Assembly (NCBI GenBank): GCA_028534125.1
Contig: CM052817.1
Span: 42,348,001 to 42,412,000, forward strand
Length of the DNA: 64,000 nucleotides
Source: Lama glama
Taxonomy: Eukaryota
Direction of reading: 5' to 3'
Every line of letters begins with the position of its first letter. The first letter of the stretch is position 1. Both the position numbers and the translations under genes were made by a program. Below are positions 47,120 to 61,029 of the stretch, one piece after another. Under the pieces are notes generated by a model, which was not told the origin of the DNA, did not search any database, and saw nothing but the letters and a program-made list of their open reading frames with translations.

Positions 47120-50100
47120 AAATTCTTTTATTAAAGCATAATAAACTACAGAAAATACACAAACTGGGAGCATACAGCTTAAATCATTTTCACAAAGTGA
47201 ATTCACTTGAAGAATAAACTGAAGTGGAGCCAAGAAAAGTCACATTGCTAGCAACTCAGAAGCTGCCCTTCGGGCCGGGCAGCCGCAGAGGTGTTGCCCG
47301 CATCCGGCTGTGAGGAAAGAGCCGCTCTCTGCTGCGTGGAGCGCCAAGAGCTCACTTCCCGGACCCGCAGCTCCTTCGTTCCTCCCGGGGCAAGCCCAGC
47401 TCACCGCGAACACAGTGGGGTCTTTAGAGCCTGATCTTTTCTGGTCAACATAGAGCTCCTCTGTTTGGCAGTCCTTTTGCGGAGCTTTCCATCGGATTGG
47501 CTGAGACACCTTCAGCTCTGCTTTACCCTCTGAGGCTTTTCTGGCTCGATTCTGTTTTCTCGCGCCTGTCAGAGGGGCAGCGGGTGTAGAGCCTTTCACT
47601 TCTCGACTATACTTTCCTCCCACTTAACGTTTTTCAAGTGTTACCTGTCATTAAACCTACTGCTGTCCTAATCCATCTCAGCATCTGCTTCCTGGAGGAC
47701 TCAGGCTGACGCCTGTCCCCTTCCATCTGCTCCTCCATCCTATCAACATAACCATGGTCCTAACTTCTGACACCCTAGGTAGCTCACTGGATTGAACTGA
47801 GTATCAATGGAATCATATACTACATAGTCTTTTGCAACTGACTTATTTTGTTCAATATTGTTTGTGAGATTCATCTTTCTTATTCTTACAGTGGTAGATT
47901 GTTCATTCTTGTTCTTTAGTTTCCCATTGTATGAGTATATCTCGATTTATTTATCCATCCTATGATAGATGGACATTAGGTTGTTTCGAGTTTGAGGTCA
48001 TTATAAAAAAGTCGCTATAAACATTGTTGCATGTGTCCTGTGGTGAACATTTGATTCATATATTTTCACTTAGATTTGTACCTAGGAGTGCAACTGCTAA
48101 GTCATAAGGTATGCACATGCTCAGTTTTAGTCAATTTTGTCAAACAAATTTCCAAAGTTCTTTTATGAATTTATACTTCCACTAGCAGTGTATGATAGTT
48201 CCAGTTGCTCCATTAAAAAAAAAAAAGTCTCTTTTATTTTAGCCATTCTGGTGGGTGTAAAGATAAATTACATTATAGTTGTAATTTGAATGCTATTGAA
48301 AAATGAATGCAGTTTGTCTGTTTATTGGCCATTTGGATGTTCTCTTTTGTAAAGTATCTCCAAGTATTTTGCACATTTTCCCTTCTGTTGTGTTCCATTG
48401 TATGCATTTTTCATATTGATTTGTTGATGCTCTTTACTCTGTATAGTAATATTTTGTTGACTATATATAGTTCAAATATATTCTACTGTTTTTACTCTTC
48501 TAATGATGTCTTTTTGTAAAAAAGAATTTCTTAATTATAATGTCATCTAATTTTCTTTATGGTTAATATTTTTTGTTTTTATTTGCCTACACTAGGAAAT
48601 AATGACATAAAAATTTCTCCAAATTCATGAGGATATTGTCCTGTGATTTCCTCTGAAAAATTTTATTGTTTTAACTTTAACATTTAGCTTTTGACTTATT
48701 TTTGTGTATGAAGTGAGGTAGTGGTTACGATTCATTTTTTAATAGGAATATTCAATTTACCCAGCACCATTTATTGAAAAGGCATCTTTTCAGCAATGCA
48801 ATAAGTAGCCATCTAGATGATAAAAGAAATGCTGCTTTCTTTACTCTCAATTCTGTTTCACTGGTCTATTTCATTTTCCTTGCATCATTACCATATTTTC
48901 CTTATTATTAAAGCTTTGTACTATATCTTGACATCTAGCATTGCAACTTCCAGCTTTGTTCTTCTCCAAGAACTCCTTGGCCATTCTTGGGCCTTTTCAT
49001 TTCCATATAAATTTTATTATCATCTCATCAATTTTCACTCAGTTCAATAAACTGAATCAACTATGACTCAACTGAATGACAATTGATAGTTTACAATACT
49101 TAATCTTCCAAATTATGAACATGGTATAGCCTTGCATATATTAAATCTTCTTTAATTCACCTAGTATTCTTGTGATTTTTTGGTGGGGGATGTGTGTGTG
49201 GAGGTCTTATACATATTTACTGTATTTATTTCTAGAGATTTATTAATTCAAAAAATTTTTCTGTACATTCTTTCAGACTTTCTATATAACCAGCCAAGCT
49301 GTCTCTGAATAACTACAGCTTTAATTCTTCCATCCCAATACTTATAACTTATATTTCTTTTTTGTCCTTTTTTTCAAAACATAGGACTAGCAATACTACT
49401 TCAGCAGCACTAAAATGGTGATAGCAAACATCCATATCTCATTCTCAACCTTAGGAGAAAAACTTTCAGTAGTTTATTATTAAGCAGGGTACTTGGTACA
49501 TCTTCATAATCTTTCAAAGATTGAGGGAGTTATTTATTATTGTATATAAATGTTGAATTTTGTAAGTGCTTTTTTGCATCTATTGAGATTATACTACACA
49601 TTTTATCTTTTTGCTTATTTATTTTCTAATAGTAAGTCAACTTTATATTCTGAGTAAACTCTTTTTCCTATATTGTTGTATTCAATTTTCTAATGTTTTG
49701 CTTTGAGTTTTTTCACCTATAATTATGAAAAAAAATAGTCTGTGATTTTTTTTTCTTTTAATATCCTTATCAGTTTTTGTGTAAAGATGTCCTTGGATCC
49801 ATACATGAGTGCTCCTTTCTTATAATTCCTGAAATAATTTTGGTAAATTATTTTTGCTTAAAATTGTGGAAAAATGCACTGGCAAAACCATCTGGATCTG
49901 GTGCTTTCCTTGTGGGGATGTTTATAACAATGGATTTAATTTCTCTAATAGACTTAGGGACCATTAAATTATCTGTATCTTTTTCTGTCAACACTGGTAA
50001 TTTGCTTTTCCAAGGAATTTGTTTATCTCAACTATAGTGTCAAATTTGTGTAAAGTTGTTTCCTTACAGTTCATCCTTAATTTTTTTTTTAATTATATCT

Positions 50101-50790
50101 AAGATCTGACTCTTGTCTATTCTTTCATCACTATTATTGGCAATTTGTGTTCATTCCCTTTGAGGGGGGCATTCTTTCTTGGAGTCTATCAATTTAATTA
50201 ATCTCAGAATTCTAATAACTGACCCATGACTTTGTTGATTTTTCTCTATTGTAATTATTTTCTATAGTTCATTCATTTCTGCCTTTCTGATTTTATTTTA
50301 TTTTTCCTTCTACTTCAATTGGGTTTTATTTGCTATTCTTTTTCTAGAGCCTTAAGGTGAAATATTAGGCCATTGACTTAGCGCTTTCTTCCTTTCTAAT
50401 AAATCTTCATGACTAGTTATAGCCCAAAATTCTGATATTTTCTAATTCAGATCTTTTCTAATTATCCAATTTCTTTCTTATTTCTTTTTTGACCTAAAGG
50501 TTATTTAGGAGTGTGTTAATACAGGTGTTTGCAGCTTTTCTAGGAATACTGTTGTTAGCCATTTCTAATTTAATCTGCTGTGATAAGAAAACTTTGAAAA
50601 CTTGTTTTCTTGATATTTATTGAGGATTTTTTTCTTGGCCCAGCATATGTTCTATCTTGATAACATCCTTTGTACACTGGAAAAGGAACATATGTGTTTA
50701 TTAATGTCAAGTAAAGTAAGATAGTTGATATTATTTAAATATTCTCTATACTGCTTAATTTTTTTGACCACTTGTCCTATCAATTACTGA
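47120..50790 (-). mobile_element. Old L1M element (3'UTR and decayed ORF2), interrupted by an LTR
   Basis: Tail tttattaaagcataata...cattttcacaaagtgaa; gatggacattaggttgtttc; ccagcaccatttattgaaaa; aaaccatctggatctggtgctttc. Confidence 0.85.
47210..47712 (+). mobile_element. LTR16-type ERVL LTR, unusually CpG-rich
   Basis: 3' end attaaacc...cctaatccatctcagcatctgcttcctggaggactcaggctgac; interrupts an old L1 3' end. Confidence 0.7.
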
Positions 50791-51319
50791 CAGAACAACA
50801 CACTTTCTCCTCCAGTTCCAATTCCCTTCACATTCTGCGGTCTCACACAAGGTCTCTAACACGGTCTTATCCACTGTGATACACATGTACCCCTAGTTCT
50901 TGTTTCTCTCCACAATAGGTATTTATACAGGCCACTTGAGATAACGTTTCTTAATTTTAAGAAAAGTATGAGAAAAATAGGCCAAGTCTCATCTTTTTTC
51001 TGCATTTTGGTCCAGATTTTGTAGTATTTTGCAAGTATGCTTTGAGTTTCAGATTTTTTGTATTTTAAGTATTTATTATTTTCCTTAAATTTTTAAAAAA
51101 GGAAAGAGGAAAAAAAAACTTTATTATGCTATATGTAACTAAGAGGCCAGTCAATACTTTTTGAACTTTTCAGTTTATATTGCTCCTTTTAGGTAAAAGT
51201 GATAAAGTGATGTCAAAGGTGTGTGATACTTCCTTTGTGCTTCAGGTGTTTTTTTTCTTGAATCCTGCAGTATAAAGTTTACTGCATCTTTAATAAAATC
51301 CTCAGCTCAAGCAATCCTT

Positions 51320-51560
51320 ATAAAGGAGAGAGTGTAATATAGAGGTTAATATCCTAGTTTTGAAGTTACACAGGCCTGGGTTCAAGTGTTAGATCTATTA
51401 CAATAATAGAGAAAATTGCTCAATTTCTCTAAATCCTAATTTCTATTTCTGTATGTTGGTGATGAAAATACCCACCTCACAGGGATGTGGTAGGAATTAA
51501 TGAGAGAGAACGATTGCTACATAATTATTGGTAAATAAACAGTGGCAATTATGATTATTA
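51320..51560 (+). mobile_element. MIR
   Basis: ggcctgggttcaag...cccacctcacagggatgtggtaggaattaatgag. Confidence 0.75.
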
Positions 51561-52619
51561 TTCTACATGAATATGTCTGATTGAATCAAAGTGATATTGT
51601 TATAAAGTTTTATTGCAAAATTCTAGCTACCCTAATCCTTGGGTAGAAAGATAGATGTAACTCTCCACATACAAGTTAAATCATTTTGCGGGAGAAACAG
51701 AAAAGTGGTAAACAATGATTCCCACGTTCTAGAACCTTCACATCTGAGCACTGAACTTCCTGGGAGGAAAGTTTTGCTCATGGAAGTGTATGCCAGCCGG
51801 TGGCATGTTATCTTTGTCTTGTCTACACCCTGACCTTTCAGCTTTATAACTTCCAAATGTTTATATAATGAGAACTGCCCTTTTAAAATTGACACAGTGA
51901 TTAAAATACAAAATGAGAGCCGAGACTGCCCTCCAATAAATAGGCTGGATCTGAGCAGACATCTGTCCAGCAAGACTCTTCTGAGCAAGCAGGCACACAT
52001 TTCTCTGCTTGTATCTAAAAAGTGAAGGTGACATTTATACCGTTCAATAATTTTTCTCTCCATCTGTTTATTCAATGGTGAGATTTAAGTTGGCAAATGC
52101 TACACTCACATTGATACTACTCCTAGGCTATCTTTCAAGTATTCAGCTTTTAGATGGATGAATCCAGAGCCTTGCTGACACACACATTGCTTCTAAATTT
52201 CAATTTGTAAGAAAACACTCCTTCAAGAAGGGAACTATAATCAAAGCAGAACGCACCCTACTTGGTTGGCAGTTCATCTTGCCAACAGACCTCCCAGTTC
52301 CATCAAAGTTTCCCAGATTCTATAATAGGTTGTTTTAACTACTTTCTTTATATCCAACCATACCTATACATAGGTTTTCTTCATACCTGAATAGAGATGA
52401 GCTGCAATTATTCAAAACCATCTTAATTATTGATTAACAGGGAAAAAATACCCCCAAAGCATAATAGAATACTCACAGTAATTTCAGCTGTATGCTTTTC
52501 AAAGAGCATAAAGATTCATAGGAAAGATTCAATAGCAATACAGCATTTTTATTCAAATATAATTACAATTAAGTCATGGATGTGAACAGGATGCAGGGAT
52601 TTTAATTGTTCCTCTTCCT

Positions 52620-53032
52620 CACCTTGCTTTCCTCTACTTAAATTCTAGTCCTGGCAGCTGGCCTTCTTGTTCCCTGAGCATGCAGAGTGAGATCCTTCTG
52701 CCTACTTTTCAGGGCCTTTATCCCCAGCTGATTCCTCTCCTTGGAACACTCATTCTCCATATTTTAATATGACTAACTCTCAATTTAAAAGTCACTCCTT
52801 CAAGAGGTCTTTTCTGACCATTACCATTTAATCTAGTGCCCTGTTTTATTCCTTCAGAGCACTTAACATGATACACAGTTTTTTATTTGTTTTTTCAACA
52901 AAAACATATTCCACAAGAATGTAAACTACATGATAGCAGGGATTTGGATTTTTCACTATCTCCCTGTTTGTAGAAAAGGCTTGCAATATAGTAGGTATCA
53001 ATAAGTACTTGTTGAATAGATGTATGAATGAG
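52620..53032 (+). mobile_element. L2 3' end
   Basis: cagggcctttatccccagctgattcctct...atagtaggtatcaataagtacttgttgaatagatg. Confidence 0.8.
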
Positions 53033-54112
53033 TAATTTTGCCAGTCAGATTTCAGCTTTCTTTTAAGCTTTACTGAAGTTTGATTCCAACACCTTTTGTT
53101 TTAAGCTAGGATCTAAAACTAATCACATTAAGTCGTGGTGACCACCCTTTTTTAATTTGTGCTCTGCTTTTCAGGTAAATAGAAGGTGGCTTCTTTTATT
53201 TCAAAAGCCTAAATCTCCCATTTGTCCTTCCACTAAGCCCTGTATCTGAGTTTGAGGGATGCACCTAAACTTTAATCATTTGCTAGGAAAAGAGCATTGA
53301 CATCAATAAGTCAAAAAATGTGACTCACTGTTCACTTTCAAGTTGTCTTAATTGTCTCCTTCCTGTGCAAGAGGAAATGCTCATGGCATCTGAATATGCC
53401 TGTTCTCACTCCATCCCCTTGCCCCAATCTCCAGAAGTAGCTATGATAAAAAATTTCTTGGGGATTCTTTGAGGAAACTCTCACCTAAAAACACATATAT
53501 CTATTGACATAAATATAAATTATACAGATTTTTAAGTACAGGTTGGAATGTAAAATAAAATTTACTTTTACTTTATAACAGAGTCTCTATTTCATTTCCC
53601 TATGAAAAGGTACAGATCAACTTCTAATAAAGTTGCAGAGTTTTCCACTGGAAAAATTCTGATTGATACAGGTTTATATGTGTGTATGAGAATATGTGTA
53701 GGATAAATTTTTCAAAAATGATTTATTATGTCAACTTTTTTTAATTTGTGAGCAAGAATTTTGCTCTTTTTAAAAGATAATTATTGTTTTGTTCTAAAAT
53801 GATGTAACACAATTACTTTTTTTGAGTTTCATTGAAATCTTCTCTTTGATGGGAAAAAGCACGAAATAAATATGTTGTGCCTGAGATTCAATTTTCTTTC
53901 ATTTTTAGAAAAACAAGTGAAATTTTCATTATTGCCTCTGGTTAGTATCTTTAAACCTAGCAAGTGAGTATATAGCTTTTTCACATTGGAAATAATAGCA
54001 TGATTTTACAGTAGAATTGTGAGAGATTAGTTGTTAAGAAGTGCCTCGTTTGCTTTTATTGAACTTCAAAGATAAATGTCCAGAAATGCACCCACTTATT
54101 CTTCTATAATAA

Positions 54113-54950
54113 ATTTTTTTTTTAGATTTTGAAATAACTTAAAACTCACAGAAAAGTTGAAAATATAGCACAGATAGTACATGCATACACTTCACTCTGA
54201 TTCCCATCATGTTAATAATTTTCAAAACCAGAGTACAATGATCAAGACCAGGAAAGTAACTTTGGCATGTTACTCTCAGCTGAACCACAGACCTATTCAA
54301 ATTGCAATTTCCCCTTACCAGCTCCAGAGTTGTGTCCCCTCAGTCTTCTCCAAGCTGTGACAGTTCCTGAGCCTTTTCCTATCTTCCATGACTTGACATT
54401 TTTCATACTCATGGTCAGTTATTTTTTATTGTCTGATATTGTCTCGTGATTAGAATGAGGTTCTACATTTCAGCAAGAAAACTACAGAAGTGACGTGTTC
54501 TTTTCATTACATTACAACAAGAGGAAAATGATTTTCATATGCATTATAATCAGCGGTGGAAACTTGAAAGCACATAACTAACATGGTATTTGCTAGTTCT
54601 CTCTAATGTAAATTTACTATTTTCCCTTGGCAGCTGATAAATATCTTGGGACAGATATTTTGAGGCTCTGCAAATATTCTATTTCTCCTCAAACTATCAC
54701 CCACTGCCATTTTCATCTGTTGGTGGATCTCACAGCAATTACAACAATCATGTTTACCTAACGATAATTCTATATTTCCCTCAGTCCTCCTAAACACGTG
54801 TAAAAAAGGAGCTGCTACTTCATTTATTTATTTACCAAATTACTTGTTTATATCAATATGGACTCATGGATGTTTATTTTATGCTAATAGGTTATAATGA
54901 AATACTATCATTATTTATTTTGTTGCTCTAATTGTTCCAAATTTGGTTAC
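54113..54950 (-). mobile_element. L1MC-type 3'UTR
   Basis: ttttgaaataacttaaaactcacagaaaagttg...atatggactcatggatgtttatttt...ttgttccaaatttgg. Confidence 0.8.
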
Positions 54951-54957
54951 CGGGAGA

Positions 54958-55283
54958 ATAACAAAATACCAAAGACTGGGTGGCTTAACGTCGATTTCTC
55001 ACAATTCTGGAGGCTGGAAGTCCGACACTAAAGTGTAGGCAGGTTTGACTTCTCCTAGGACCTCTCTCCTAGGCACGCAGATGACTGTCTGCTCACTGTG
55101 TCCTTAGACGGCTTTTTGTCTGTGCACACACATCCCTTGTGTATCTCTTCCTATAAGGATAGCAGTTCTAGGACCCCACCCTTATCATCTCGTTTAACCT
55201 TAAATTAACTCTTTAAAAATCCTATCTCCATATGTAGTCAAACGGGGGATTAGAACTTCAACATATGAATTCAATGCATAACA
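54958..55283 (-). mobile_element. MLT1A-type LTR
   Basis: taacaaaataccaaagactgggtggctt...ttctggaggctggaagtc...cttcaacatatgaatt. Confidence 0.85.
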
Positions 55284-55869
55284 GCATTTATTTATCTGCA
55301 GGTGCCTGGCAGTCAACAGATAGCCTCTCCTCCCACACAGGCATCTGCTTCTGCTAAGGCTGCCTTGGATCCTTGATTCCTCATTCTGTCTTTTCTCTGC
55401 TTCTCTAGTGTGAAGAAGGCTATGATAAGTCTCACGCTTTTTCGTTCTCTTCATTCTTATTGCCAGCAGAGTCGTCGATTGAGCCCTTCTGGTCTGGCTG
55501 ATTCCAGGGAGACTGCACGATGTAAAAGACTGGTAGGTGTTACTGTCCTCTCAGAAACCTTTCTTAATTTGCTACAAATTCCACTGGATTTGGCAGCTCA
55601 GTCATAGTTTATGGTTTCTCTGAGCTTTCCTAGTTTTACTGCAGATGGAGTTTTCCCCTCCTTTTCTGTGTGTTTTCAGTTGGCTTTGAGAAGAGGGGGA
55701 TGAAATGGCTTTATTTGGCCATTATCTTTAATTACTGATAAACTAAGTCATTCACCGGTATTATTAAGATTTTGAGAGTTCTGAAAAGAGAACTGTGACT
55801 ATTAATAGAGATTATATACTGATAAATTTTGAAGCTTTCCTCAAAATATTTGTTTGAGCTAAATATGGT

Positions 55870-56090
55870 AATTATTATAATAAGAGCCACCAACATTTAT
55901 TGAACTCTTACACTATGCCAGGTATTGTGTTAAGCATTCATAACGAAGATCTAATTAACACCTATAACTACTCTAAAGTAGAAATAATAGTATTAGATTT
56001 TATAAATGAGAATACTTGGTCAAGGCCACACAAGTGAAAATATTAGAGCTGGGTATCAAGTGCTTGTCTATCAATCTAAATTACATATTT
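55870..56090 (-). mobile_element. MIR
   Basis: aacatttattgaactcttacactatgccaggtattgtgttaagc...ttttataaatgagaa. Confidence 0.75.
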
Positions 56091-57294
56091 TCAATTGTTA
56101 TCTTTGGAAGAAAAGACACAAAAGCCAAGGAAATAAATACAAAAGAAACAACAATGGCAACAAAACACACCTCTGTATTTTATAATACCATTTTCTTTAC
56201 TGAGTATTCTATTTCCAATAACATCCCTGCAATATATTTCAACTCATCTTGTAAATGTACTCATAGAATAAAATACACATATGTCATGGTCACTATTATA
56301 TACAAATTATCACTTCCAAAGTAACATATTGCTTCTACTCTGAGTAGCCTATTTGTTTCATAGTTATTTGCTTCCTTATACATCAAATCTACACAGGAAA
56401 TGAAGCTCTGGCACTGGTTACTTTGCACTAATAAAGCCAATACAGATTGATGCAGTTTTCTCTCCATGCCCAAATATCTATTAACATAGAGAAAATCTGG
56501 ATTATCTGGTACTGAATGTTCAAAAACGAGTTTAGCTTTCTGTGCTGGATGATTGAATGCATCCTTGGATCAGCCTATCAAGGTTTAATTGAACTACAAA
56601 TCCAAAGATAATTGGACTAGAACTCTGGTCCAAAACGGGACACAAATAGTCTAAGCTTTAGTTAATGAACAGAGGCAAATGGAGACTTCTGTTTACATTC
56701 ATAGCATCCTTTGATTGTATCAAGTCTTTCAAAAAATGTGGCATCACAATATTTAAAACGAACAGTTATATAACAATTATGCCGATGTCACTTTGTGCTT
56801 AATAAATGAGACTAGAAAAATAAAGTGTAATGAGAGAAGATTTAAAAATAACTTCACTGTATTTTAGGCTCTTCAAGGCTATATGTTTTTTTCATACAAT
56901 AGTAATGCAGCATTAGGTGCGTGGTAGTTGCTAAATGCACGCTTTATTTATATGTATGAATGGTTAGTTTTTGGAGGAAATAGATTAGTAGATGAGGTAA
57001 AATAGAATCTATTCATTATAAAAGTTATATCAGTTGATAAAAAAGGGTTTGCTTACAGAATAAGACAATGTATTCTAGTTGGTACGGTAGTTGTCACTGT
57101 CAGCAGTTTCACTTGATCTTTTGAATGAGCTCATTGTTTTAGAATTATCAAAATTAGTTAAGCCACATGCAAATTCACCTAATGTTGTCACTTATCAAAT
57201 TTTAAGAGCCGTGATGCTTATTTCTGAAATATTTCTCAAAGTGTTATTGCTTTTAAAATTCATGTTGACAAATGCTCACAAAACAAAATATGAA

Positions 57295-57668
57295 AGATCA
57301 AAATGATAAAATTGTAGAGATGGAGAAGAGATTAGAGGTTACTAGGGGTTAGAGGTGAGAGAGAAGAAGGAGAAGGGTGTGACTATAATGGGAAGCATGA
57401 AGGAGATCTTTGTGGCAATGGACTGATTCTGTGCCATGATCGTGGTGGTGGTTGTAAAAATCTACATGTCATACACCTGTTTTGTGTGGTGCATGTAATA
57501 AAATGGCGCAGACACATTGTATCAACAACAATTTTCTGAACTTAATATTTTTCTATTGTTACATAAGATGTAATCACAGGGAGGAACTCAGTGAATGGAA
57601 CACAGAACCACTCCACTATATGTAATGTCTTGTGCATTGATAATTATTTCAAAGTAAAAGTATAAAAG
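57295..57668 (+). mobile_element. L1MC-type 3' end
   Basis: aaaattgtagagatggagaagagattagaggtt...ttacataagatgtaatcac...attatttcaaagtaaaag. Confidence 0.8.
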
Positions 57669-59924
57669 TAATTGGGCAGAGTTAATCTCAACTCAGTACA
57701 ATAGTTGTGCACTGTTTTCCTCACTGCTTACATTTAAACTCTTCTGTAATTTTATTTTGACTGGTGCTATTTACAAGCTGAACATACTTGGGCTTTTGAC
57801 AAGCAGTTGCAGGTGGCATATCAACTCATCGACTGTATCGTGTACTCTTGCTGTTAAGGGATAAACACATGGCATTCAATCTGATACTTTTCTTTAGAAG
57901 ACAGAATATCTCAAGTGCTTAGGTCCAAACACTGTTGTGACACTTGCTGGTTTCTACCTTTATTGCAAATATGGTTTTATACATTTCACCAGTACAATAA
58001 AAAATGTGAAATACTGGCGTTGTACTGATTTTATAGGTTTCTCTGTGATATCAAATATACTGTGAAACAATTTATCAATATTCTGTTACTCACTGATTCT
58101 TTCTTGTGTTCCCATATATTACACTTAGGTGAATGGTGTAGATCTTCCCATTAATACTATATAAATTATGCTGTGATACACATCACTGGCATCTTAGTAT
58201 ATACATAAAAAAGTGGATGAGAAAAATATTAGAATTCTCTTTCTCTGCCCGTCTCTGTCAACGCTAGGAACCCCCAAAGGCAAATAGCCCATCTCATTGC
58301 TTCAATTTGCATTTCTTTAAAAACTAGTGAAACTGAGCATGAATATTTATCTCAATTTGTGTTTCCCAGTTTATGAAATGCCTCTTCATAGTGATTTGCT
58401 TATTTTTTTCTACTTAGATAATATTCTCTCCCCAACTGATTTAAGTAGCTGCTTCTGGTCTAATTATATGGAGCTTTTGGTCGTATATGTTGCAAATATT
58501 CCTCCTTAGCTTATCTTCAGTAGGAAGATGGGAAATATAGTATATTCAAGGAATTGATGAGAAAAAAGCAAGCAAGCCTGGTGTGGCTGATGCAATCAGA
58601 GAGCCAAGGGGAGCAGAAGCAAGAAACCATCAGAGGTGTAGAAACACACAGGCTGTGTAAAAGAATTTTAGTGTTTATCCTAAAGCAGTGAGAAGCCACT
58701 GAAATGCTGTAAGTTAGGTGTTGGTGGTATGATGCTGGTGGAGAGGTAAAAGAGGTTTTTTATAAGAATTCTTTTAAAATAATCTACCTAAAACTCTTAG
58801 CAAAGAATGGAACATAGTAAATATTTAACAGGTATCTGCTGTTCATTGTTAATATGACTATAATGATTACTATCAACATTTCTGTCAGCAGGAGACTGAA
58901 GTCTGGTGAGGCTAAGTTTTCTAACATTACTCCAATGACACAGCTATAAAGAATCACAGATAGATGCTTCTAGGCTAGATTTCATTCTCATTCTGATATC
59001 CAGAGTGTGAGTATGTCTACAGTGAGCAATTCATGAGCTCACAGCACAAATCTAGCCAGGGGAGTGATCCCGTTACAGACCAAACATTAGGAGTATTAAC
59101 AACAAAAATTCAATCATGCATTAGGTCACTCTCATGGGAGTCATACCAAGCGCATGTGATTAATGTATTGGAGGCCAAAAGACTCAGTTACAATAGCATT
59201 TACACAGAATAGGTTTTGGGAAACAATATTATCCTCATTATAGTGTTAGTCTGCCAGGATTTACAAGTACCATTTTTCAAAATTAAATAATCTACAAGCT
59301 TGGTGTTCACAAACACGCACATACTCTGTGGGCCCTCAATAAATACTAGCTGACTGACTGACAGATAAACACCCCCATAAACAGATAAGCACTTCTAAGT
59401 GAAGTGTAGCCATATATTTAAAGAGGCAGTATTGGATCTACGTGTATAAACTAGAGATTAAATATACGAGAAACATAGCAAAAATGCAATAGTGAAATAC
59501 CTTTCTAAACTGTGAGCTCCTTAAAATAGCAAATGAGGGTAAACTCCAACAAGTATTAAAGTATCCTGGATGAGAGTTTTATAAAGTAACTTTACACTAC
59601 AAAATAGATGCTCTTCAAAGATCATAAACAAATCCATTTTTGTGACTTCAGATCTTTACCCCACCTATCAATTAATTTGCAAATAATGGTGACAGTGAAC
59701 TTGTAATATATATGGTATTTCTTGAGAAGGAAGTATGGAATAAGGAAACAGAGGTGAAACTAATGATCAAGAAATGGGCATTTGATTGTACCCTCTTCTC
59801 TCAGTTTTCTGTATGCTAAAGTCTTATTAAATAGCCTTACCTAAATCAATGAAGAGATCCCTAGCAATTTAACTGAACTGCAGCATCACTGTGACTCACA
59901 ATCTTAAGTTCAGTACTTAACTAG

Positions 59925-60120
59925 TTTTATGAACTTATGCCAGATTTAACTTCTATGAATTTAATGTTTTTTCACCTCAATTGGAATACTTTAATAAGCC
60001 ATTTCTTAAAACAAAATGTTTCTTTAAATATGGGTAATATCTGGTACAGGGCTGGGCATTTAATGAGCACGAAATAAGTCTTCTTGGCTGATATTATTTA
60101 TTAATTAATAGTGATAATGA
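59925..60120 (+). mobile_element. MIR
   Basis: ggtacagggctgggcatttaatgagcacgaaataag tail. Confidence 0.55.
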
Positions 60121-61029
60121 CAATTTCCCCAGTAACAAAGATCCACTTAGCATAATCTCTCTTGATAACGGGACTGCCCTGAGGAGTTCTGGTCGAGGCA
60201 GCTGAACTCACAGGATAAGACAGCAGGGTAAGCACCGGAGGACAGGACCAGCCTGGTGGAAAGGCAGGTCCTGCTCTCCAGGTTGGCATTGGCTGGATGC
60301 TTGAAATGTGTAAGTTACTCTGATCAGACCCAAAGGAGCAACTAAAGACCACAAACTGCCATGAGCTCCCAGGGGAGGAGAAAGGAAGTAAATAACTTTA
60401 AGGACAAGTTAAGAGGAAACCCAAAGCCTGGAATGAAGACATGATCCAGCCAATTATAGTAAAGGGTCAAGAAGAGGGTTTTGTTGCTGCTGTCATTTGT
60501 TTATTTTAAGTACTTGGAGACCTCGTTCCTTCAAGTTATATTGCATATTGATTTCAGTCATGCCTAAGACTAACTGAACATTTTTCAGCATCACAATTAA
60601 TCTATCTCTTGCTTCATTTTCTATGGAGGTTTGAGGTTCTTTGGGAGAAGGACTGAAAAAAAAATAATGACTTTTAAAGGTTGATCCAAGTAGTACAATT
60701 TGTGAATACCATATTAATAGGGTTTTAATGACTGCTATTAGCTGGTAGAAAGTGGCTCATAAATGTCTAAAATCACGATCTTTCTATACTCGTTCCTCAC
60801 TTCCCTTCTCTCACTAGAGGTGGGGCTCAGATTGAATGGAAGGACAGGCCTACTGTGTTACAGCATTAAATTTATCTTCTAAAAAGACATCAAATGTTTT
60901 CTTCTTAGAGTTTTTAATCATCCTGCAAGAAGTTATTTTTAGGCCAAATTTAGTTGAGAAAATTGATATTTAGGGGCTTAATATGAATTAACAAATAAGA
61001 GGTGGAATTTGAAACCAACAATGTTTAAC

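Noticed and set aside
47240..47623. 127-aa ORF (minus strand)
   Set aside because: A by-product of high GC inside an LTR; non-ATG start and no homology.
51632..52075. 147-aa ORF (minus strand)
   Set aside because: No recognisable homology; consistent with a chance ORF.
57690..58030. cagtacaa...ttgtactg inverted motifs, possible ancient hAT remnant
   Set aside because: Too degenerate to define termini or family by eye.
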